A DNA stretch of 63,393 nt, the filler included, from Licmophora abbreviata (Eukaryota): assembly GCA_900291995.1 (NCBI GenBank). It is 14 parts of 14 records of this genome, joined end to end, with 100 filler letters (N's around TTAATTAATTAA, not from the genome) between each part and the next. Parts side by side here need not be neighbours in the genome. Positions count along the whole stretch, not along the records: positions 42,780 to 45,465 come from OLMU01004613.1; positions 45,566 to 49,501 come from OLMU01004614.1; positions 49,602 to 50,892 come from OLMU01004615.1; positions 50,993 to 52,729 come from OLMU01004616.1; positions 52,830 to 54,777 come from OLMU01004617.1; positions 54,878 to 63,393 come from OLMU01004619.1; 8 more parts are not named here. One strand, 5' to 3'. Positions 44,949 through 55,352 of the stretch are shown one piece after another. The stretch's first letter is position 1; every line of letters begins with the position of its first letter. The notes beneath the pieces are model-generated. The model saw only the letters and a list, made by a program, of their open reading frames with translations, was not told where the DNA came from and ran no database searches. The translations under genes and the position numbers were made by a program.

Positions 44949-45601
44949 GGTGCACACACAGCTTTGAACTATGCCAAATTTTTCTATTTTTCAGATGTTG
45001 ACCATTTTTTCGAGATTTTCGGCAAAAAGCGACATCGATGTGCGAGAGATTTTGGGATCATGGAGCTCGTACAGTCGTGGGAAAGAGTCGAGACGCGATG
45101 AACACATTGAACATGATGATGACGAATGTGCTGTGACCAATGACACACATGGTGGAAGATGGATGATCGTCATCGTTGAAGATCATTTCTATGTTGCAAT
45201 TTCGAGGGAGAGAGTCGATATATGACACAAAACTAAGTTTCGATCCACACAAGAGCATCAGAGAAGGAATACCAGGGCTTCGTAAAACCATCGTCAATCC
45301 GAGTTGACTCGTTTCAGATCTTATACAGCCCAGCTTCAGTTTTAGATCATGTCGTCAGAGCCAGGAGAAAAGAATGAAGCGACAATGGCGGAAGCACGCC
45401 CAGCAAACTCAACACGTAGGGTCGACAGCAGCAACTCGTTGCTGGGCATCCAAATTGAGCACCTCNNNNNNNNNNNNNNNNNNNNNNNNNNNNNNNNNNN
45501 NNNNNNNNNTTAATTAATTAANNNNNNNNNNNNNNNNNNNNNNNNNNNNNNNNNNNNNNNNNNNNGTTAGCCGTCTCCAGCCGCCTCGTGGCTGCATATA
45601 G

Positions 45602-46602
45602 ATCAAGTTTCATTCCGATTTAGGCCTTCTGGGCCTTCCGGAAGACGTGATTCGTGAGATTGTTGAGTATAGCATGCCTCGCGATGACAAAAATGACGAG
45701 AGCCAAATCTGGATCTGGATGGCTCGAACGGGAAGCGTCTGCCACATTTTTCACGCGCTCGTCAAAGATCATTGTCCCACTGTACTGAAGTTCTTTCAGG
45801 TTCTTTGGAAGATGCCATCGCGTAAGCTTTGGGTACCGTTTTTGGAGTCATTCATAAATGCTCCCTGGAAAGGAGCACGTGTGGACTTTCTTATGTTTAC
45901 AGACTTATGGGCTTCTCCTTTCTCGGAAACCGCGACGTGTGGCTTGTGCGGGTCCTGTTTGGATGGTGCATGCCATGCAGCGGTGTTTGAGGCGATCTGC
46001 TCCCTTTTCACCTCCTCTCAAACCTTACCAAACGGGCTCAGGACACATGCATTTGCTCCTCTGCTCTTATGGGCGACGAGCTACTCTTGGCCATGTTTGA
46101 AGCTCGACCGAACCTGTCGTCACTGACCATTGAAGACCTTGCCACGCTTGCGCGCTCATTGAAATCAATGGATTATCTTCAATTATATGATGTGTCATGG
46201 ATGAAGGACGATCACGCCCTCGCTCTTCTTCGCTACTTGGGGGGCATTGAAAGTTTGAGCTTGTCGTTCGCTAGTCGTCTCTCTCACCGCTCGCTGAATG
46301 CAATCGTTCAACGCTGCTCAGCAAGAAAGGGACTATGTATCTCTGATGCCCGGATTACGACGAATGGTGTGAAATCCTTCCTAGAAATCCATGGGGCTGC
46401 TTTGGAGTACTTGACTCTGTCGCGATGTAGCTCCCTTGGGGAGGAACTGATCGATCTGATCAATCAGCACTCGCCGAACTTGAACTATCTCGCTCTGGAG
46501 GGCTACGAATGGTTCACCGACGACCTGTTCAACCGTCTGGTGCAGAACAGATTCGGCATCACTGTAGAAGACATGGACGTAGCACCATTCCACTGCGTTT
46601 AG
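45602..46602 (+). CDS. F-box/leucine-rich-repeat protein, split over two frames (unresolved intron, frameshift or pseudogene)
   Basis: F-box-like GLLGLPEDVIREIVEY in one frame; LRRs (PNLSSLTIEDL, IESLSLSFASRLS, LEYLTLSRCSSL, PNLNYLALEG) in another from about 46050. Confidence 0.6.
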
Positions 46603-46904
46603 TTGCCGTGACGCACACGAGTGTGACTCTTCAGGGGGCTCGACGGATAGTGGCCAGGCCTGAGGTAGTCTATGCGCACATGTGTGGACGCTTGGACGGC
46701 AAAAAATTAATCCGTGATCAGGAATGGCGTCGATGGCAGTTAGTCGACGCCGGTATGTCCGCCTTTGCTTCTCTGCTGTACTGGAAGAGCAATTATCCAC
46801 TGCTTGTTGCGTGAGGGGAGCAGACACCGAATGTCAAACACGCCTATTCAGTCGTTTCTGTACCATCTATTCGTTTCGCGTCTACTTTAAGATTCGTCAA
46901 TTAA

Positions 46905-48728
46905 TCAACAGTCGAGACCTTCATCTTGACTCATTTTGCGGACGATGGTGTCAACGGCCTCGTCAAATACTCTTTTGAACTCAGTGTACGATATGCGTCC
47001 GTCACCGTCCACATCCAGCTCGTGAATCAACGCGCTAACGTGTTCATTGGTACCCGCCGACCCGAGGACCTTGCACAAGTTTTCCTTCGAAATGTAGCCC
47101 GAGTCATCCGAGTCTAGTAGATCGAACGCTTCCGCAATGCGATATTCGTCTATACGCCCCTGGGTCTCAAGAGTCGCCGCCAGGAATTCGGTATACTGAA
47201 TGACCCCATCTCCGTACTACAGACAAAGAAAGGAAGAGCAGATACACCTTAGTCGGTGATTGCACAGCAATGTCAAGGATGAAAAAAGACACATGGGAGT
47301 AGGTAACACTGTACTCACGAGATCCTAGAAAAAACGAACAAGATGAGAAGGAGCGCAGCATAATGAGAAACGTACAGTGTGTGTACCATCTCCGAAACGC
47401 ACTAATGCCTAGAAGTAGAATACACGTACCACCTTGCGAAAAATAGACTTGATTTCCTCGTCGGAGTAGTTCATGTCGTCTAGGGCAGTTCGAAATTCCT
47501 TGTACGTCACTGTGCCATTATGATCCGTGTCGATCTCATGGAAACACCTGCGCAGCTCAAAGATCTCCTCTGTTGTGCTCTTTTTGGCAATCACAATCAA
47601 GGCCAGTCTCTTGAAATCGGAACCTTCTGCGTATCGGACAAGATTGGTCTGCGCATCGCTCCATGTAATGATGCTGGTACTCTGCTGTGTGGTGGGCTTC
47701 TCGTCCGACCAGACTGTGTTCTTGGAAAGCCATCGGTGTCTCAAAGCCTGTTTGGCAGTCAGTCGAGTATTCTGGTCAATGACGAGAAGCGAGCATACAA
47801 AGTCCTTGGCCAAACTCGACACGTTCTTCCTCCAATGGTACACGTGTCTCATCTGACGCGTCAGGATTCTATTCCTCATCTGCGCCCTCGTTTCCCCATC
47901 AAAGGGCATCGCTCCCGTCAAGAGCATGTACACAACGACACCGACACTCCACAGGTCCGATGGATGCGTATACTCTCCCCGTATCACCTCTGGACTCATC
48001 GTGTACAAGGTCCCACAGTGTTCTGTCAATGGTTCATTGAGATAGACCCTTGCCAGTCCAAAGTCAATCAGTTTGATATCCGCATCTGCCTTTTCACTTT
48101 CGAAAAGAATGTTTTCAAACTTGATATCCCGATGAACCACATTCCGTTCGTGCAAGTAGGCTACCGCCGACAGGATCTGTCCCGCAATGCGTGCCGCCTG
48201 TGCCTCCGTGTAGGGCACATGCGACCACAGGTCACCGCCGCTACAGTATTCCATGACGAGTGCCAGTCGAGGAGGATGATGAAGAAGAAACGCTTCGTAG
48301 GCCTTGATAATGTTTGGATGGTCGAGGGTTTTGAGGAGAGAAAGTTCATTCCGTAACTCTTGAAGTCGCACCGTCTTGACACGGGAAAGATCAATTTCCT
48401 TGAGTGCAAAGTATTCTTCGGTATGAGAACTGCTCTTCCCGGATGAAAAAGAGCCGATGCGTCGATTCGTTCCTGCATGGACAAAGCAGGGTCTCGCAGA
48501 GCCCCCCACGGCACTCTTCCTTCGTCGAATCTTGGAAATAGTAGAAATACTTCCCTCACCAATCGTACCAGCGACTACCTCGTAGACGGTGTGAAAGTCC
48601 ATGTTTTGTGTTCGAACTAAATTCTCTTGAATGTTGGACTTTCTCCCCCGCCGGCTAGGCGATGGCGGTGTACTTTCGTCTTCACTTGTGATTCTCCAAG
48701 CAGCACTACTACTGCAACATTGTCCCAT
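46905..48728 (-). CDS. CDPK: Calcium-dependent protein kinase with four EF-hands (exons 48728-47430, 47324-47319, 47216-46905)
   Basis: MGQCC acylation motif; ALKEI, HRDIKFEN, DFG, GTLYTMSPE; EF loops DTDHNGTVTYKE, DLYGDGVIQYTE, DSDDSGYISKEN, DVDGDGRISYTE. Confidence 0.93.
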
Positions 48729-49051
48729 GATGAATTGCTTCCCTCTGTCTTGCTTTCTTTTGTGTGGTTGGACCCTCGTCTATATTCTCACTCATGACAC
48801 GACTGCATCAACGACGACGAGAAGGCAAAAAAGGCGGGAAACGAAACAAGGTGTCATCTTGCAGCACCCGGAGGTGAGACTTTCATGCTGACACGTCATC
48901 GCTTCGAGCTCAATCCCGAAATATCATACCTGGTAGCTCGCCGTTCTAGACGACGCGATATTTGACACCATGAGAAACCCCATCACACAACAACACCATG
49001 GCGACACTTACAAATTCAGTGCATGTCACGAGAGCGCGTCCAAGACCCCCG

Positions 49052-49501
49052 ATGAAGTCTATCCTAGTTTTACTTTTTCTTCTTGTCACGCTGCCTCGTC
49101 TCTTGGAAGCATTTTCGCTTTCCAACAACAAGAACGAGAAAAAAATACACTTTCGAAATGGCAAAACGAGTGATGAACTCACCATCGCCACGACCATGGT
49201 GCAGGAACTCATGAATCCACTGGGCATTCAGGGAGAACGCTTCGTCGTGGCAACGATACTCCAAGACAATCATGATAAGGATACACCCATTGGATGGGCT
49301 CAAATTCGACCTCTGGGTAGCTCTACTTCAACAGCACAACGGGATCCATCGATCTACGATGCAAGACCGGGCTACTTCGATGTGGAGCGCGATGCGGACG
49401 ATGCCATGTGGGACGAGTTCGAGGAAGAAGTGGACACGGTCGTTCCAGTCGGATTGGCATCGCTGCCATGGACCAAGGAGTACCGCTCGTTTGCCAAGGC
49501 T
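49052..49501 (+). CDS. Probable plastid-targeted GNAT-family acetyltransferase, 3' truncated
   Basis: Signal peptide MKSILVLLFLLVTLPRLLEAF; ELMNPLGIQGERFVVA...IGWAQIRP resembles the N-terminal half of a GNAT fold. Confidence 0.5.
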
Positions 49502-49601
49502 NNNNNNNNNNNNNNNNNNNNNNNNNNNNNNNNNNNNNNNNNNNNTTAATTAATTAANNNNNNNNNNNNNNNNNNNNNNNNNNNNNNNNNNNNNNNNNNN
49601 N

Positions 49602-49726
49602 ACTATAATAGTCATTGAACGAGTCGCCATCCCATAGTGAAGTTCGTTGTTCGGCACCGACACTTTTTCAGCACGACCAAGATCAATTTTATCCCTTACT
49701 ATAATAGTCATTGAACGAGTCGCCAT
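49602..49726 (+). repeat. 29-bp exact direct repeat ACTATAATAGTCATTGAACGAGTCGCCAT
   Basis: Copies at 49602-49630 (contig edge) and 49698-49726; the second overlaps the ATG of the SAM-domain gene. Confidence 0.9.
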
Positions 49727-50444
49727 GTCTGCTAAAGGAAGTCCACCCAGTTCCCCTGGGCTGCAATACATGAGCCGTGCTCCCGCAGATTTTGGAGAGT
49801 GGGACAAGCATAGGATGGCTTCGTATATTGCGACAGAAGCCAACCTAGGCGAGGCTGGCAAAGCGATCTTTATTGAGAATTCAGTAACAGGTAAGACAGT
49901 TGCTCGTATAACGGAGAATCATTTGAAGGAAATGGGATTCAAGTCTGTCGGAGAGCGTCAGGAGATCATGCATTGTTTGACTTCACTTCGTCATGCTAGT
50001 CGTCAGCAAAAGCGAGAAGCCCTTATTTGGCAAGAGGAAGAGTTCAAGTATCACTCATGGTGGTCTGAATGCAATTCCACCTGCTGCGGCCTCTGCCCTC
50101 CCCCCAAGGTGGTGTACAAGTTGTTTGGAGCTCACCTTGCCGTCATCACCGAGGCCCCGTCAAGGTGTCTCGGCATCCCGTGCCCTTGCCTTGGGACAGA
50201 CAAACAAATCGACAATACCGATTTATCCTACGTGACTGATGTCGACACGGGACACAACAAGACACCTTGTTTCGAAAATACTTTCTGCTGTGGCCAATCG
50301 TCAGACTGGGTGTACGTGAGAAGCCAGGGTGGGGGATCTCGTCTCGTGCTCGCCAAGGGCAAGGGTGAGACGACGGCTAGTGTGATCAAGAATCAAGTCG
50401 AAGAGCACCAAACCGTGGTCAAGGGAGAAAACCCACATCATTGA
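49725..50444 (+). CDS. SAM-domain protein with cysteine-rich C-terminal domain
   Basis: EWDKHRMASYI...FIENSVTGKTVARITENHLKEMGFKSVGERQEIM is SAM-like; followed by TCCGLC, PCPC and FCCG clusters. Confidence 0.75.
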   Translation: MSAKGSPPSSPGLQYMSRAPADFGEWDKHRMASYIATEANLGEAGKAIFIENSVTGKTVARITENHLKEMGFKSVGERQEIMHCLTSLRHASRQQKREALIWQEEEFKYHSWWSECNSTCCGLCPPPKVVYKLFGAHLAVITEAPSRCLGIPCPCLGTDKQIDNTDLSYVTDVDTGHNKTPCFENTFCCGQSSDWVYVRSQGGGSRLVLAKGKGETTASVIKNQVEEHQTVVKGENPHH

Positions 50445-51085
50445 GACGTGCTCATTTGCTCATTTATCAAAAGGGCATCTTAGATTTCCCTCACCATGCG
50501 TCTTCCATACCGACGGTAGAAGAAGTGCCAAGATCTGAAGCTCATCGCTTCTCCTCGTCATTAAACTTACTGATTTACTCAAAAGCTTGAAGCATTTTAC
50601 TGTCTAGTGTAGTTCTGCTACTAGCTATTAGTCCAACTGAACGGCGCAGTGACAGAATGATGTTAGAGAGGACTTGGCTTGTTCTGTATTAAGCTTGCTT
50701 ACCACCGCATGCCGCCTGCAATTACTCAAGTCAGCTACGGCGATCACAAGGGCGAACAGGACGATGGTGGCTTTCTTGTAGCTAACAAAGGCGACTCAGA
50801 TGTGGAGTACTACACGGATAGTGTTGCAAGGAGCAGCACAGCCCCTGGCCCCCCAAAAAATATGTCACGGCACCACTAAAGTACTGGGTAGTNNNNNNNN
50901 NNNNNNNNNNNNNNNNNNNNNNNNNNNNNNNNNNNNTTAATTAATTAANNNNNNNNNNNNNNNNNNNNNNNNNNNNNNNNNNNNNNNNNNNNCTACTGCT
51001 ATGATACTTCGTACCAGTACTAGCTACGAGGTGCTATGTGACCTGTGCAAGTAGGAGGGTGTCTGTGCACCAAGTACTCGATAGA

Positions 51086-52414
51086 TTATGCATTCTCTTT
51101 CGGGTCCAACTGATGAACCACCTCTTGGGAAACTATGTCACGTTCACCACCATCACAGCACCACTCCATGTAGGATTGATAACACTTTAGCTCTCCCGAT
51201 ACTTCCAAAATCTCGCAGAAGGGAGGAGTCTTGATCTTGCGTTCTTCGTAAGGCCTCCCCAACACGATACTTTGCGGCATGCTGTTGACAAAGGAAGACT
51301 TCCGGACAGAAATCACGATGTCCGACATGGCAAGGAGCATCATGTCACTCCACGCTGCATTCCATCCACTCAGACACTCCCTTCCCGACTGCAGAGCGTC
51401 TTGACCAAAGAGTACACCTTCTTTCGGACGTTCTTGTGGAAAGTCCACAACGTCCATGACTCCCAACAATGCAGTGCGAAACAGATGGACCAGGAGCGAT
51501 GTGTCTGTCGCAAGAAAGAGTTTCGGAATGTATCCGTCCCATGCGTGGCGATTGTTCCAGCACAGTGTTTTCAGACGTTGCGCCACATTCTCGACAAAGT
51601 CGTGCAGATCCTCCGAGATCCCTCGATTCCTTTCTTGAAAATGTCCCGTTTCCCCATTGCCCGCTCGAATGTGCATTCCAATCATGATGATCGTTGCAGT
51701 ATTGTTGTTGTTGAACGTAAAGTGTTCTTGATGAAAGTTCTCGAGCTTGCGACGCCATCGGTATCGATTCATGAGTATCGAGTAAAAGTCCACGTCGGAT
51801 TGAATTTTGGAGGCATGGCAGATGCAAGCGGAAGTGGCATTGTTTTTGTTGACTGGCCGTCGTCGTATCAGCTTGTATCCCGGAACTTCATTGTAAAAGG
51901 TTGTAATTGTCGTCGACGATGCTGTATCGCCTCCACGACTACTACTTCTTGTGGTGTCCTTCGATTGGAGTGCTTCCTCTTGTTGTTGTTCCAACACTGC
52001 TTCCGGTCCAAACAAGAGAGGAAAGACACCCAAATGATCGCAGTTCTTCCAGTCGACCGTCAGGCTGTAGTTCCATCGCCTGGCAACGTGATAGGCATTG
52101 GCAGTTCGACACAGTCGATGCCCCAGACCACAGCAACCGACATAGTGGACGGTTCCTCTCGTTTGCTCGTTGGTTGTCGTTTCGGAGGCAATGGCGGGAG
52201 CTGCATCAGTCATACGCACTACTTCTTTTGGTCCTCCGTTTTGCAGTTTGGAAAGAGTCTGGTCACCCAACAGAGCGTACAGAACCGCCCAGAGAGACAT
52301 GAGCGAAATCAAGAGTGCCAGACGAGGACGAGAGTACGAGTAGTGTCCTTGTGGATGTCGACACTGCAATCTAGTAGTACAAGAAACACTCCTATTGATG
52401 CTTCGTCTGATCAT
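51086..52414 (-). CDS. Type II membrane fucosyltransferase-like protein (GT11/GT23/NodZ-like, GT-B fold)
   Basis: N-terminal TM; GCCGLGHRL, IGMHIRAGN, LFLATD, AWSDMMLLAMSD...SSF motifs. Confidence 0.75.
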   Translation of the reverse strand: MIRRSINRSVSCTTRLQCRHPQGHYSYSRPRLALLISLMSLWAVLYALLGDQTLSKLQNGGPKEVVRMTDAAPAIASETTTNEQTRGTVHYVGCCGLGHRLCRTANAYHVARRWNYSLTVDWKNCDHLGVFPLLFGPEAVLEQQQEEALQSKDTTRSSSRGGDTASSTTITTFYNEVPGYKLIRRRPVNKNNATSACICHASKIQSDVDFYSILMNRYRWRRKLENFHQEHFTFNNNNTATIIMIGMHIRAGNGETGHFQERNRGISEDLHDFVENVAQRLKTLCWNNRHAWDGYIPKLFLATDTSLLVHLFRTALLGVMDVVDFPQERPKEGVLFGQDALQSGRECLSGWNAAWSDMMLLAMSDIVISVRKSSFVNSMPQSIVLGRPYEERKIKTPPFCEILEVSGELKCYQSYMEWCCDGGERDIVSQEVVHQLDPKENA

Positions 52415-52829
52415 GGTGGCTACACGTCGTCGCTTTGGCGTCTCTCGTCTCGCAGAAAAAGCATCAGAGTGATGCAGTGATGGTACAAATAGACTACCAC
52501 TGTACTATCATACCTTGTATACCAGGTACGTGTATGAGATATGTCCGATGTGTCTCCTCTCTCTTTTGCATCCGCGCATTGAATTCTGCTTTTGAGTTTG
52601 ATCTGCAATGAGTGTTGGCGCGCGCCCTGTCAGACCTCGATGGTACGAGGTCCGAGCTCCGAGATCAAGACTAGCTAGACCATGGATCCATGGATCCTCT
52701 CACTCTTTTAGTGTCTGTTGCTCTAGACTNNNNNNNNNNNNNNNNNNNNNNNNNNNNNNNNNNNNNNNNNNNNTTAATTAATTAANNNNNNNNNNNNNNN
52801 NNNNNNNNNNNNNNNNNNNNNNNNNNNNN

Positions 52830-54777
52830 ATCGGATTCGGCGGACTTCGCGACGGCTCTGTTCAAGAAACTTCCTCCGTCGGCATTGACATCGTTTATCG
52901 GCGACGACAAGGCATTTTATCAATGCCACGGCATTGAGATGTTTCAACGATTGGTCGAACTCTATGAGCCGAAGACTTCAATGGCTCTCCAAAACTTGGT
53001 ATCAGCTTTGATGAATATTCGGATGGCTCCTTCCGAGTCATTTTCGGCTTACAAACTTCGTATTGAACAGATGAACCAACGTCTTCGCTCGGCCGGACAG
53101 GCTATTCCCGATACGATGTTGATTCATGTGGCTCGCCAGGGCCTTACCTCCGACTACAGTGACATGGTTCGTTTGGCCGAGACTGGTACTCTCGTCTTTA
53201 CCTCATTTGCGGAATTTGCAGACAAATTCCAGGAATATGCGACTGGTAAATCAACTGCGACGGGTCTCACTCCGGCTTCTATTGGATCGGCTCGGGCTGC
53301 AAGTGTACAAGAGTCTACTCAGCCGCCTGTGTCCAAGGATCGCGGTCAGGATACTACGTCTACGACAATGCAATACGACTGGAAGGGTGCTCAGAATCTC
53401 ACCTTGGACCAAGTGCAGTCACTTCGTTCGTGCTTCTCTTGCCCCGTGTGTCGTACACAGACACACCGGCTGGTCGACTGCCCGGGTTTGAAGCATTATG
53501 ACATCCGTCGTAAGCCCTACAATAAGCCGGCCTCTTCCAAAGACGGTATCAAGGAGTCTCCATCCCAGGCTGCGACGTCATCGACTGCCGCTCCATCGAC
53601 CAAGAAGGATAATAAGAAGCTAACCTGGGCTGCCCGCGTGGCTTCCTCTAGCTCTCCTCCTCCACCAACGACTATGGATTCCTTGTCTGCCTCTACGGAA
53701 CACCAAGGCAAGTGGTTATCGCCTGTAAAATCTGTGCCTCAGCCTCCCAGTGATTCACCTTTACTAATGCCGTCCATCACATCCTCTCGATCGTCTAATC
53801 GATTCTCTCCTCTTCAGGATGAAGATTCGTTGTTTGAGACAGATGAGTTGGATAGTGACGTTCAGTCTCTAAAGGTGTATCCTGTGAAATCTGCTGCGGA
53901 CTCAGATAATACAGTCGATAACCACTTAGTAGTTCCTTGCTCAGCCGAATCTGACAGATCTTCCGAAGTTTCGGACTCTCTCGAACAGTGGATTCCGTTG
54001 GACACCAGTATTTGTTTGGGTTGTGTTGATGCGGCTTCGATTACGCATTCCAGTTCTCCGTCAGGGTCGTCATCGATTGTGGTGGATAGTGGGTCCACTC
54101 ACCACATGGTCCCCAATCGTCAGGCATTCAGTCAGTATACTCCATTTCCGGCGGGTTCACACCATGTGAAATTGGCGGACGAAAAGGGTATGCTACCAGT
54201 GTGTGGTATCGGGAGTTGGGTTTTCAAATCCAGTTCTAAATTGATTCAAGTGAGTAATGCATTGCATGTCCCGGGGTTACGATCGCCTTTGTTTTCGGTC
54301 CGCAAACACCGTCGACAATCTGGCTGTTCTTTCATCGCAGACAATCTACAGTGTGTCTTGACATTTCCAACATTCATTCTGGATGTGGATGATACCACTG
54401 ATTGTTTACTTCCATCGGAATGCGTGACGTCTGTGACTAATCTCTCATCGGATAGTTTTGACTATCATGACATTCAGTCCCAGACTACATCCGATAACAC
54501 GTTGCAGTCATCATCGATTGGCCATCGGGATTCCAACGCGAAAATCGATTCATCCATTTTACCGATTTCTTCCAATATGGTAACCGAGTCTTCATCTGGC
54601 CCACAGCCAGATGGAGACACGAGCTGCTCGTCGTCGTCGTCTTACTAATATGACATCTACCACAGATGCAGTTGAGCCGTCACCGTTGTCTGATCCGGCT
54701 ACGATAGTGTCCCCGCTACCGGACTCTAATACTGTGTCACAGTCACCGACGTCTTCTCCACCTGCCTTAAGATCACC
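52830..54777 (+). mobile_element. Ty1/copia LTR retrotransposon fragment (gag, zinc knuckle, aspartic protease), CoDi-like
   Basis: Gag-like MAPSESFSAYKLRIE; CCHC knuckle CPVCRTQTHRLVDC; protease IVVDSGSTHHM...NALHVPGLRSPLFSV. Isolated between two gaps, as expected for a repeat. No LTR, integrase or RT is visible. Confidence 0.88.
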
Positions 54778-55352
54778 NNNNNNNNNNNNNNNNNNNNNNN
54801 NNNNNNNNNNNNNNNNNNNNNTTAATTAATTAANNNNNNNNNNNNNNNNNNNNNNNNNNNNNNNNNNNNNNNNNNNNCTCACCGCGATTGCGGTGGACAA
54901 GTTGGAAGAATCTAGCTACAGCACCATTACCTCAGTAGTCACTAATTGTGGTCTGCCAAGACTTCCACTGCAAGCATCATCTTTTCGTCATCGCGTCTCT
55001 CTTGTTTGCAATGATTGTTTAACAGTTAAGGTGAATTTTCCAAATTTCAAACTTCGGACTGTACGCTTATCGGACACGTCTCCGCATCAATGCTCGTTCT
55101 CCTCGTGATCACTGTGATGATGCTGTCTCGTTGTCTCGTGAGCTTTGTCTGTGCAATCCTCCGGCGAACTCTCCAATTGGCATTTGTTTTCCCGTAGCTC
55201 GCTGACAATTTTCCCGCGACAATCTCAAACTGAAGCAAAATGCCTCTATTTCACACAGGAAGTCTTAAGTGTGCCACCCCGGGGACAGGTCCTAAGTCTC
55301 TATCCTCCTCCTCCTCTGTTACAGTACGCTGTATTTCATCTTAACCATCCCT

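Noticed and set aside
49602..49726. 29-bp repeat as a CRISPR array
   Set aside because: Only two copies, a 67-nt spacer, eukaryotic context, no cas genes, and overlap with a start codon.
51272..52480. 402-aa plus-strand ORF (and similar long antisense ORFs, e.g. 8117-8971, 41263-42168, 47520-48356)
   Set aside because: Shadows of well-supported opposite-strand genes, with no motifs of their own.
52617..52729. Cluster of restriction-site palindromes (GAGCTC, CCATGGATCCATGG, TCTAGA) suggesting a vector polylinker
   Set aside because: Spacing and order match no polylinker I recognise, and no other vector sequence is present; a UniVec screen would settle it.
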